A stretch of DNA of 64,000 bases. It comes from Octopus vulgaris. Its lineage: Eukaryota. A model generated the notes under the pieces. It was not told the origin of the DNA. It did no database searches and saw only the letters and a list, made by a program, of their open reading frames with translations. This document shows positions 1 through 10,956 of the stretch, piece after piece. Position 1 is the first letter of the stretch, and each line of letters opens with the position of its first letter. The position numbers and the translations under genes were made by a program. The stretch covers positions 43,896,001 to 43,960,000 of the forward strand of contig OX597818.1 in NCBI GenBank assembly GCA_951406725.2. The letters run 5' to 3'.

Positions 1-220
1 ACACAGAACTAGAATATATAGGCTAATCCTCACAGACTGTCTGGGATGAATTTCAAACATTAATGAAATAAGGAGTAGAAGCCAGTTTTTAGAAAGCAAC
101 TATGAAGAGCAAGTCAAAATTTCTTATGATTTTCTAATTCAACATTTACAAAACCAATTTTTCAATTTGTATCTTAAATTAGTACCAAATAATCACAAAA
201 AAAATAATGATGATGGTGAT

Positions 221-221
<1 letters not shown>

Positions 222-263
<42 letters not shown>
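222..263. repeat. (TAA)n microsatellite
   Basis: Read directly from the sequence. Confidence 0.95.
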
Positions 264-267
<4 letters not shown>

Positions 268-269
268 TC

Positions 270-1360
270 AATAGTATTTTATTTTTACATCAACGACTTT
301 TGTCTTCTTTCCATGAAAGAAACCAAATTAGTTGAGCAGTAACTTGGAAGATATTAAAATTTTTAACAACAGGAGCTGAAGCTGTTATATAGGTAACTGA
401 ATAACATGAAACCAAATCGTAGTAAATTAATGTTAGTACTATTCTAAAAATCGTTACTGTTTATCTTGTAAAAAAAAAAACAACAACTTACCAATTGGTG
501 ATTTAATTTAGTGAGCAAAATAAAAATTCAAAAATTTAAATACATGACCCTATAAACAGCAACATATATATATATTATATATATATATAATTAGCAATCA
601 TTGTGGTTATATAGGAAAATTAAATAAAATTAAGAAAAAATTTTCCTTGGTTGGAATGGAAGGGTGATGTGAAGGGCTGTGCAAATAACCTGATAAAATA
701 TTAGCTTGGGATAAATTTCATATAAATATAACAGGAGCCCTCAATAAAAGTATTTACTAAAATTTGAATTCTTCTACAAAAAAAAAAAAAAGAAAAAGAA
801 AGAAAAGAAAAGCCAAAGATAAAACTCTTGATTGAATTTCATATTTTTTTAACAGCAACACAGAATCAACTAGAAGGTAAAGTTTATTAAAAAAAAAAAA
901 AAAAAATTAACAAGATTGTTGTCATCTTGTCATAAATTTTAGTAATATTTTAATTTGAAATCTTTTACTTTTCTGTAATCTTTTTGTGGTGAAAATAGTA
1001 GCTCTTGAGGCAATTTAACAATGAAACAACTGTGAGGTTGCTGTATTTTCCAGGCCTGTCACTTCAACCGCACAATATCTCAACCATATTTGTAAAAATG
1101 AAAAAGGCCATTTAATGTTGTTTTTTTTTCTTTTTAACATCTATACTTATTATCATGAAAATTAAATACAAACAATGTATGCACTTTGGCTGGTTGTGAC
1201 ACCTTCTGTGGACTTCAGATACCATACAAAGTTTGATTGTATAGACACACTTCAGTAACTGAATTTTCACCAAATCCACTTAATATTGTTTAAAGCATAT
1301 TGAAGGCTAGAAAAGATTAGTATAACTTTGTCAAAATGTTGTTACTGAACTGGACTTTCT
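270..1360 (-). other. Probable MINDY 3'UTR, end not determined
   Basis: TE-poor, U-rich on the minus strand, directly after the stop. AATAAA candidates (plus-strand TTTATT) at 883-888 and 278-283. Confidence 0.55.
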
Positions 1361-1375
1361 TCATAAAATGGTACA
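1361..1375 (-). CDS. MINDY1/2: MINDY1/2-family terminal coding exon: CaaX box CTIL-stop
   Basis: Long polypyrimidine tract plus CAG acceptor (1376-1378), then TGT ACC ATT TTA TGA. Phase 0 join gives ...KDKES-CTIL*, matching the CaaX end of MINDY1/2. Confidence 0.9.
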   Translation of the reverse strand, partial: CTIL

Positions 1376-1949
1376 CTGAAAAAAAAGAGAAAAAAAGAAA
1401 AAAGAAAAGATGAAAATAGTAAAATGATATTTGGTATTAAAATTATTGACTCGGATAAAATTTACCAAAGTTATCTACAATTTTTAATCAGAAAACAAAA
1501 ACTGCAAACATTACAGTACATATTGACTGGTTAGCTCATCTTTAACATTTTATTTTATTATTATACTCTTTACTCTTTTACTTGTTTCAGTCATTTGACT
1601 GTGGCCATGCTAGAGCACCGCCTTTAGTCGAGCAAATCGACCCCAGGATTTATTCTTTGTAAGCCTAGTACTTATGCTATTTGTAACACAGCCACTCCTA
1701 TGCCTATATTTTTTGAAAGTTGGTGAGCAGGCAGAATTGTTAGCATGCTGGATGAAATGCTTAGTGGTATTTCGCCTGTCACAGTGATGTGAGTTCAAAG
1801 TCTGCCTAGGTCAACTTTACTTTTCATCCTTTCGGGCGTTGATAAATTAAATACCAGTAAAACACTGGGATTGATGTAATCGATTATCCCCCTCCCCCCA
1901 AATTTCAGACCTTGTGCCTATAGTCGAAAGGATTATATACTTTTTGACT

Positions 1950-2263
1950 GTGGCTTAGTGGTTAGGGCATTCGGCTCACGATCGTAAGGTCGTGAGTTCA
2001 ATTCCCGTCGACGCGTTGTGTCCTTGAGCAAGACACTTTATTTCACGTTGCTCCAGTCCACTCAGCTGGCAAAAATGAGTTGTACCTGTATTTCAAAGGG
2101 CAGGCCTTGTCACACTCTGTGTCACGCTGAATCTCTCTGAGAACTATGTTAGTGGTACACGTGTCTGTGGATTACTCAGCCACTTGCACGTTAATTTCAC
2201 GAGCAAGCTGTTCTGTTGATCGTATCAGCTGGGACCCTCGTCATCGTAACTGACAGAGTGCTC
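1950..2263 (+). mobile_element. SINE family C (tRNA head plus CORE-like GTGTCCTTGAGCAAGACACTT)
   Basis: A box TGGCTTAGTGG and B box GAGTTCAATTCC. Related copies at about 2515-2740, 9310-9560(-), 18710-18930, 22291-22672(-) and 46896-47215(-). Confidence 0.85.
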
Positions 2264-3142
2264 CTATCTTGAGATATAATATTTTTACATAAGTCTATGT
2301 AAACTGAAATTAAGATTGAGTTCACAAACTTTTTAGAAGCTCACTTCCACTCTGAGACTGATCTTAGTCACTGTGTTCTGAAATGTAGCTGCATTGGGCT
2401 AGAAAACATTCAAATTAACAAAATTTCCAAATTATTCAATTTTAATAACATCTATCCTTGTTACTTCTTTACTCACCACTGATCAGAGATGACATGGTAT
2501 GCATTATTGACATGGAAGCACGTGGCTTAGTGGTTAGGGTGTCAGCATCATGATCATAAGGTTGTGGTTTTGATTCCTGTACTGAGCGATGCATTGTGTT
2601 CTTGAGCAAAACACTTCATTTCACGTTGCTCCAGTCCACTCAGCTGGCAAAAATGAGTAATCCTGCGTCCAGGTGGGGAATTTCTACGCCACTGAAACCG
2701 GGAAACCGGCCCTTATGAGTCTGGCATGGCTCGAGAAGGAAAAGATAATTGCGATCTGTGTTATACTTATCACAAACTGATCTGTGATAATACAGATTGG
2801 TGATAAATCAAAGATTCTGCTTGGATTGCAAAAGCATGCCCTAGTGACCATCCATAATGCTCAGTACAACTTGGTGTCTCAGAATGAAACCTATTTTTTC
2901 TATATGTTCTATTATTCATTTAATCATTGATTCATTTATCATGCTTTTTTGGGAACCAAACACTAATGATGAACAAGGATACATGTACTATTACTTTCAA
3001 ATGACTGGTTGTGACACCTTCTGTGGACTTCAGATACCAAAGTTTGATTGTATAGACACACTTCTGTAACTTATAGTCTATTGCACACATACTAAAACAT
3101 ATGCACTCTTCCCCACCAATGAATAATAAAAGAGATCCTCAC

Positions 3143-3314
3143 ACTTTCTTTGTCCTTCTCTCTCTCTCTTTGACGTCTCATCCCTGCTGAAGATGATGGT
3201 AAAGATGTATTGCAAGACCCTGCACCAGTTCTTGATCTCCTGTTTGATGCAGCAGCTGCAGCAGCACTGGCACGCTGATCCTCTTCATCTTGTAATTTCT
3301 TGGCAAGTTCAAGA
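3143..3314 (-). CDS. MINDY1/2: MINDY1/2-family penultimate exon, second MIU-like motif and basic tail
   Basis: GATCAG acceptor and AGT|GTGAGG donor. Translates (D)LELAKKLQDEEDQRASAAAAAASNRRSRTGAGSCNTSLPSSSAGMRRQREREKDKES. SDLELAKKLQ resembles the vertebrate MINDY2 motif as I recall it. Confidence 0.92.
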
Positions 3315-4224
3315 CTGATCCAATCAAACAGTACCAAAAAAAAAAAGGGGGTTTCAAAATATTTAATATAAATTTTGAAGATACAAAAATGAAACATTTC
3401 TCAAACATAAATGTAGGAAGTTATACACAGATGTATATCAACAAGAATCTAAGTAGTCTTCACTGATTTAACACCTATACTGTTTAGATCTCTAGTACAA
3501 AGTAGTGGTGGGCATGGAGTAAGGATTTATCCTAAAATCTCTGCACCAATTACTCACTGCACATTTCTGTATAGTTGATATTAACAGAGCTGATGCTGGG
3601 GAAAACTGGTCTTACTCATATATAGATGTAAGAGGAAAGGATGAGAATAATGAATAAATGAATGATGAGTGATGATCACAAGTTATTCATAAACTATCGA
3701 TTTGGGGTCGCCAGACCTCAGTCAAATCGTCCAACCCATGGAAAGCGGACGTTAAATGATGATGATGATGATGAATGGCCACTCTGCTTTGGAAGATGAA
3801 GAGATCATAGTTTCTTTCTGGCAATTTACACCTGTTAGTAAGTGATTGTCTTATTATAAAGAGTGGAAGATGTCACATCAGGTAGTAGATGAAGACACGG
3901 TAATAAAAGGACTTCTGCAGCAGCTAATGTTGTCAAAGTGAATTCTTTGTTTATATTTGCAAACAGCTTTGAATGTGATCATAATGAAATGGATATAGAA
4001 TATTTCTCTGAAGATGATATCATAAACAAACTGTTAATGTTATCACAATGGCAAATGTAACTATGAGAAACCTCTTGACCCAACTCATGCCAGTCTGGAA
4101 AACAGATGTTAAATGACAATGATGACGATGATCATCATCCTTATAAATACTTTCAACTTATATTACATATATGAAGTAAGGAGATAAGGTTGGCAGTAAG
4201 ATTTCTACAGAGACAGAAGAAATA

Positions 4225-4900
4225 CACATCAGACGATGAGTACAAAAGAAGATAGCAAGGGAGGAAAGAGTTTTAATAAATGTTGTATTAGTTTAATGCT
4301 TAAAATGAAGGAAAAAAGTCTTGACATTTTGGATTATAGTCTTTCATCAGAAGAAAAATAGAAAAGAAAAAAAAAAGACAAAAAAAAAGTTGAAAAAAGA
4401 TGGCAAGAAAAATAGAAAGAATGAGAAAAGGTGGTAAGACAAAAAATTTAAAAAGTAAAAGGAGAAAGGGGTCAGGTGGGAATGGAGTACTATTGGGGGG
4501 GGGGAGTTAGGAAGGGAGGAGGAGGTGGCATGGTGTCTACATGAATTACTATAGAGATGGGAATAGGGGGAGGTGTGTGGAAGTATGGGTGTGTGTGTGT
4601 GTGGTATCTGGGGATGTGTGGGTATATAGCAGGAAGGTGTGTAGGGGTAATTGTATTGTATGGGAGGAATGTACGGAGGGGAAGAAGAGGAGGAAGGTTC
4701 AAGTGTGAGGTGAAAAGGACGGTAAGAAGAATGTGGTGTTTAGTAAAAGATAAAACATTGACAAAGACAAAAATAAAAACTGGATAATAGAAAAAAAAAG
4801 TAATAAAAAAAGGATGGTGAAAAGTCTGGAGGTTATGTAACAGGTACAATGTCATGAGAAAATAAATCTGATAAAACAAGGATAAAAAGGGGATTAAAAA
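4225..4900 (-). mobile_element. Degenerate Penelope-like relic (pLTR plus purine-rich low-complexity tract)
   Basis: 4230-4360 resembles the 44.1-kb units. Minus strand CTGATGA-AAGACTATAATCC-AAAATGTC at about 4320-4352. Confidence 0.4.
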
Positions 4901-5656
4901 AAAGGATAAAAGAAGGCTATCAGAGTAAGGACAGACAGAAAAGCAAAAGTCAAATAATTACTGCTTTAGAGGTGAAGGTCTAAACTTAACAAAGAAGTGG
5001 TCATTGTCATCATCATTTAGCGTCCATTGTCCATGCTGACATGAGTAAGACAGTTTGATTGCAGCTGGTAAGCCAGAGAGCTACACCAGACTCCAGTCTG
5101 TTTTGGCTTGATTTCTATGGCTGGATGCCCTTCCTAATATCAACTATTCCATACTGGGTGTCTTTTATGTATTACTGGCACAGGTGCCTCTCACATGTCA
5201 CTAGCACAGATGCCTCTCATATGTCACTGGCCATGACTATGAGTGCCATGACTACAATTATATAAAAACTGATAAAAACCTAGGAACTTAAAGTGAGGAA
5301 ATGAAGGCCAAAGAGAAGAGTTTTATAAAAATCAAATAAGAGATATCTAGATGACAAAGAAAGCATTATTAGTACTTCAAGAGACTATGGTGATAGCATA
5401 GTGAAGAGAGCATGATGTGTTGGAAAATATTAGTGTTTCTTTTTACATATGAAAGATATGCACAGACAGTGTCATGCAGATGCTAGAACACCATAATCAG
5501 AAAAAGTTTAAAAAATCTAAGGTGACTAGAATCTAATGAGTTGAAATTGAATGTGCAAGAGTAAATTATGATAAAATTAAAGACAAATGAATTAAGAAAA
5601 CAATTTGGTATCAAAGACATTGGCTGATATATTCAGGAGAGATAACTATGCTCTTG

Positions 5657-6105
5657 TCATCATCGTCGTCGTTTAACGTCCACTTTCGATGCTAGCATAG
5701 GTTGGATGATTTTGACTGAGGGCTGGTGAACCAGATGGCTGCACCAGGGTCCAGTCTTGATCTGGCAGAGTTTCTACAGCTGGATGCCCTTCCTAATGCC
5801 AACCACTCTGAGAGTGTAGTGGGTGCTTTTACATGCCAACTGCACAGGTGCCAGTAAGGCGATTCTGGTAACGATCCCGCTCGAATGGTGCCTCCTACAT
5901 GCCACTGGCACGGAAGCCAGTTAACCGCTCTGGCAACGATCACGCTCGGATTGTGCTCTCAGCCCCCCATTAGCACGGGGCACAAGTGCCAGTAAGGCGA
6001 AGCTGGCAACGATCACACTCGAATGGGGCCTTTTATGTGCCACTGGCACGGAAGCCGGTTAGCCGCTCTGTCAACGATCACGCTCGTATGGTGCTCGTGC
6101 CCGTC
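5657..6105 (-). mobile_element. RTE-tail-type non-autonomous retroelement ((GAT)n tail) with internal tandem sub-repeats
   Basis: Shares CATGCTAGCATGGGTTGGA...GGATGCCCTTCCTAATGCCAACCAC with copies at about 5005-5250, 13336-13672, 21203-21460, 25085-25300, 48110-48340, 48940-49170 and 59752-59900. Confidence 0.8.
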
Positions 6106-6400
6106 ATCGAATTTCACTTTGATTTTGATTTCGTATGAACCAAATTGTTAGATCTGAGATGAAATAGATCAAACTTAAGAATATCATGCATCACAAATGA
6201 AATCTCATAGATTTGAGATCTACAGAAATATGTTCCCTGCATATTTTTCTGAATTATTCCAATGTAGACAATATAGTGGTGAGGATGTACTCCGGCCTAA
6301 AATATCTTTAAAATGAAAACAAGTTTATAAGTACAGTTATCACAAGTTTATATGATTTACTGGGCCAGAATTGTATCTTGAATTCAAGAAAATTACTCAC

Positions 6401-6547
6401 TCGCTAAGTTGTGGATGGTGATCTTGATCAAGTAAACCTCCACTTTCAGAAATAGCACCACCACTAGATCCAACACCACCTGTCTGATTCGACCACGCTT
6501 CTCGCTGTAATTTCTGTTCTTGGTCCAATGACAATGCAACCAAATAA
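6401..6547 (-). CDS. MINDY1/2: MINDY1/2-family exon, first MIU-like ubiquitin-binding motif
   Basis: TTTTATTTTAG acceptor and GA|GTGAGT donor, 147 nt, phase 2/2. Translates (D)YLVALSLDQEQKLQREAWSNQTGGVGSSGGAISESGGLLDQDHHPQLS(D) and joins both neighbouring exons in frame. Confidence 0.93.
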
Positions 6548-8777
6548 CTAAAATAAAATTCAGAAATAAGGTTATTACTATAAGTTATCTGTCTGTATGT
6601 TCAAGAAAATACACATTGAATTAACCTACTTTTAATATTGTTTATATGCAGAAACAAAACATGCGCCTCATCCTACCTTTAAAAAAAAATCACACAATCT
6701 CTTCAGTTACTAAAAGGGAGATACCTGTTTTTAGTTTTAACTTATAAGTATGGCCACAAGACAGTCAGAATGGCAGATGAGAATTCTGATTGCATAGGAG
6801 TTCAGTTAAGCCAGACATCTTGTGTTTGTCCCACTCTCAGACAAAAGAATTAAATCAGATTTTGGCATCAGTACAAAATCCCAATGTTCAGCTCACTTTG
6901 AAATACTATCAATCATCAGTGAAAGAGGACGTGTTAAAAATATTGTACTTAAGATAAGCTGCATCTAATGAAGGTGAAATAACAACAGGGTGTTTTGTTT
7001 TGTCTTTCTTACTGCATTTATTATGTGTCTTTAAGTCTTAGTAGTTAATGCTTAAAGGCAGTCATCTTTGAATCTATTATTTGAATTTCTATTATCTATA
7101 ATTTCATCTCACATCTTTTATAGACATTCTGAGTTTGTCAAATATACATTCTAGTCTTTGGGTCCTTGTAATTAAAGTAAATATGTTGCATTTTCTAACA
7201 TTGAGGATGTACCAGCTTTGACAAGGTACACCATAATTTATTATTTTTTTGGGGAGGGAAAAAATACGAAACAAAAAACAAAGCAAGGTGTTGGCAATTT
7301 TACATACTTTATCAAGATGTTTTGATAGTAGCTTAGTAATATACAGATCCTGTCACTCCTTATAATCAAGATTTTGCTTATACTTTCACAATTGGATGGC
7401 ATAAAAAGTTTGGCATAGATAATCCTCACCTGGGATTAAGATCATCTAATGGGAAATGTAACCTCCATTCACTTTAGATTCACTTCAGGAAAAATAGCAT
7501 TCTTGATGCCAGGGTGTTCAGAAAGACCTTGATACAGGGCAGTTTATTTGATGCTTTACTACTATATTTAGCATATTTGGAGTCCATTATCAATACTTTT
7601 CAACAACAATTAGAAATTTTCTAATATTTGGAAAAACTTTGAATAAATTAAGCTGGTTGCTGAAGCTTAAAAATCATATATAAGTCCTATCTATATTCCT
7701 AATCAGCTTCTGTTTTGAGCCAACATCATTTCCAACTTTTTTTTCTATTCTCATTCAGCTGAATCTTTAATAAGAGCTAAATTATTGTTGTTGTTTGCTC
7801 AAGGGTAGCCCTGGTCGAGCAGACCTATGTTTAAAGACCATTCAAGACCATCATGTCTTGTCTCACACAATATATTTAGGACTACATCTCTCTAATGCTT
7901 AGTGGTATTTTGTCTGCCGTTATATTCTGAGTTCAAATTCCACCGAGGTCGACTTTGCCTTTCATCCTTTTGGGGTTGATAAATTAAGTACCAGTTATGC
8001 ACTGGAGTCGATGCGATCAACTTACCCACTTTTTTTTTTAAACCGCAGAGTATAGTTTTAATTTCTTATGTCTTTATTGCCGACAAGGGGCTAAACACAG
8101 AGGGGATAAACAAGGACAGACAAAGGGATTAAGTTGATTGCATCGACTCCAGTGCATAACTGGTACTTAATTTATCGACCCCGAAAGAATGAAAGGCAAA
8201 GTTAACCTTGGTGGAATTTGAACTCAGAACATAACGGCAGACGAATTACCGCTAAGCATTTTGCCCAGCGTGCTAACGTTTCTGCCAGCTCGCCAGGTGA
8301 GGCGACTATGCAGAGACTTTCTCTTTACTAAAGAATCATGTTATTTACATACAAAGGTAGTTTTGGTTATCAATTTTTTAACTTAGTTAACCACCAGCTG
8401 TTGAAGAACTTGGACAGTCTGAATAGCTGAAGTAATAAGGTACCTGCTCTATACTGGGGAACAAGACAGGAACAAGACTCATTGGTTACATGATGGTTGG
8501 AAACATTAGTTCAAGTCAAATATTGTGAGAAACTTCGTAGTGAGAAGAACTATAAAATAAATGGCAACCTCTTGAACTGAATCAAAGTCAGTTCTATTTC
8601 TTGGCTGGAAGCATATTGACTTTATTTACAAATGCTCTTGAGAGAGGCAGGAATATAATACACTCCCATTTTCTTTTCTATAAACCTGTGGCCTTAAGTA
8701 TAAGAAATAAATAAACAGTGTGAAAAAGTTCCAAATAAAAGTAAATGTGTATGAGTGTGTTTATGCTTGCATGTATA

Positions 8778-8818
<41 letters not shown>

Positions 8819-10090
8819 TTACATACATATGAATAAACAGTAAGGTGACTCATTGGCTTGGAGCTTTATTCAATGTTTGCATGTTTATTCTTGAATAAGA
8901 GGATGTTGGTCTATCAAGTTTTTTTTTTTTCATTATTATCTATTTTTCTGTTCTAGCATAGGTGAGAAGGTTTTTGTAAATTTAATTATTTGAATAATGT
9001 TGTATAATTATTTGTATGTGTTTTACTAGCAAATAGCAGATCCTGCTTTTATTATTATTTATTTGTTCTTTACCATTTGCATGAATTTGACTGTACCCCT
9101 TTCCCTCAGCCTTGCAACAAAAATTTAAAAATAAACCTGCTCCTTTCATTTATATAGCATTTGTTATATTTTGTCTTTTGATAATCTTGCATGTCTTTCT
9201 ATGATGTCATCAGTTAGATGACTGTTAATTAGTAGTTGTGCTGTAGAAGCTATTTCGATGTTTGTTTACACCACCCTCTCAAGATAGATAAATAGATAAT
9301 AACAATAATAAATGCGCCCTTTTTGAAACCTAGCCAGGCTCATGGGCCCGGTTTTCCAGTTTCTATGGCATATGTGTTCCCCCAGCTGGACGGGATGCTA
9401 GTCCATCACAGTGTTACTCAATTTTGCCAGCTGAGTGGACTGGAGCAACGTGAAATGAAGTGTTTTGCTCAAGAACAAAATGTGTCACCCGGTCCAGGAA
9501 TCAAAACCACAATCTTACGATCATGATGCTGACACCCTAATTACTAAGCAACATGCCTCCAGATAAATAGATAGATAGATAAATAAAGAGATAGTTACAA
9601 ATTTCTCTATGTCTTTTATTCTTTGATAGTTTCAGTCATTGGACTACAACCACGAAAGCAAATGAAGAATTGGCAGAGACATGAGAGTGTTAGAGAGAAA
9701 GACTTGTAGTACTTGTTCTGACCATCTGCGTTCAGAGTTCAAATATGACTGAAGGCAACTTTGTCTTTTATTCCTTTGGGATCATTCAACGTAATTTACC
9801 AAAATACATTTCTCTTCTTCCATTCTCTCTTAGATTCAGTTATGTGAAGGGGCCAAGAAAGGTGCATTTACACCATAACACTGGAACTGAGTAAATGCAA
9901 CAAAGGAACAGAAAAAAAAAAGCCATGCAGGGGCATTGCCTTTAAGGATATTTAGTTGATCATATCACCTGGTTACTTATTTTATTGGTCTATTTGTTGG
10001 ACTGCTTAGTTTAGCTACAGGACAAGGGGATACCACATAAATAACTGATATAAATATAAATAAAAATATAGACACACACACACACACATA

Positions 10091-10835
10091 TGAGGGGGTA
10101 CCCAAAAGAAACCGAAATTTTGCAATATTATTTTATTTACTTAGTTTTACATGCTTACACTTTCACTGCCTTCAAAATATTCTTGATTTGAAGCAATGCA
10201 TCAGTCCAGATGCGTTTTCCACCATTTGAAGCAGTCCTGGAACTCTTGCAAAGCGATGCATTTTAATACCTCTATCATTTTTTACTTCACCTCTTCTACA
10301 ACTGCAAAACGTTTTCCTTTAAGGACTCTTTTATTCGGGAGAACAAAAAAAAAAAACACACACACACAGGGAGCAGGATTGGTTGTGAGTTCAAATTCTG
10401 CCGAGGTCGACTTTGCTTTTCATCCTTTCGGGGTCGATAAATTAAGTACCAGTTACGCACTGGGGTCAATGTAATCGACTTAATACCTATGTCTGTCCTT
10501 GTTTGTCCCCTCTGTGTTTAGCCCCTTGTGGGTAATAAAGAAATAGGATTGGGTGAATATGGTGGTGGGTAAGTGGGGTCATGCCATTTTTGGTCAAAAA
10601 CTGTCTCACACCCAAGGCAGAGTGCACAGGCATTGTCATGATGAAACCATCACTCTCTACTTTGCCAAAGGTTTTGGGTGTTTTCATCTCACCATGTCTT
10701 GCAAACACTTCAGAACTGCCAAGTAAAATATCTGGTTAACAGTTTGACCAGGAGGAACAAATTCTGTGTGGAAAATTATTTTCTCATTGATGAAACAAGT
10801 CAGCATCATCTTGACATTGGACTTCACTTGATATG
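10091..10835 (-). mobile_element. mariner transposase pseudogene fragment interrupted by a SINE (about 10375-10545)
   Basis: Degenerate translation includes VRQFLTKNGMTPLTHHHIHP (compare the HPPYSPDLAP region) and a C-terminal ...CIASNQEYFEG. Confidence 0.75.
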
Positions 10836-10921
10836 ATACAAGCTAACTAAAGAACTTATACAAAAACATTGTGTGTGTGTGAGTGTGTGTGTGAGAGAGA
10901 GAGAGAGAGCGAGCGAGAGCG

Positions 10922-10956
<35 letters not shown>

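Noticed and set aside
4490-4879. 129-aa Pro/His/Phe-rich ORF and the opposite 76-aa ORF
   Set aside because: Low-complexity purine-rich tract inside a probable Penelope relic.
5845-6100. Short regularly spaced repeats superficially like a CRISPR array
   Set aside because: Degenerate tandem sub-repeats without unique spacers inside a eukaryotic retroelement, with no cas genes.
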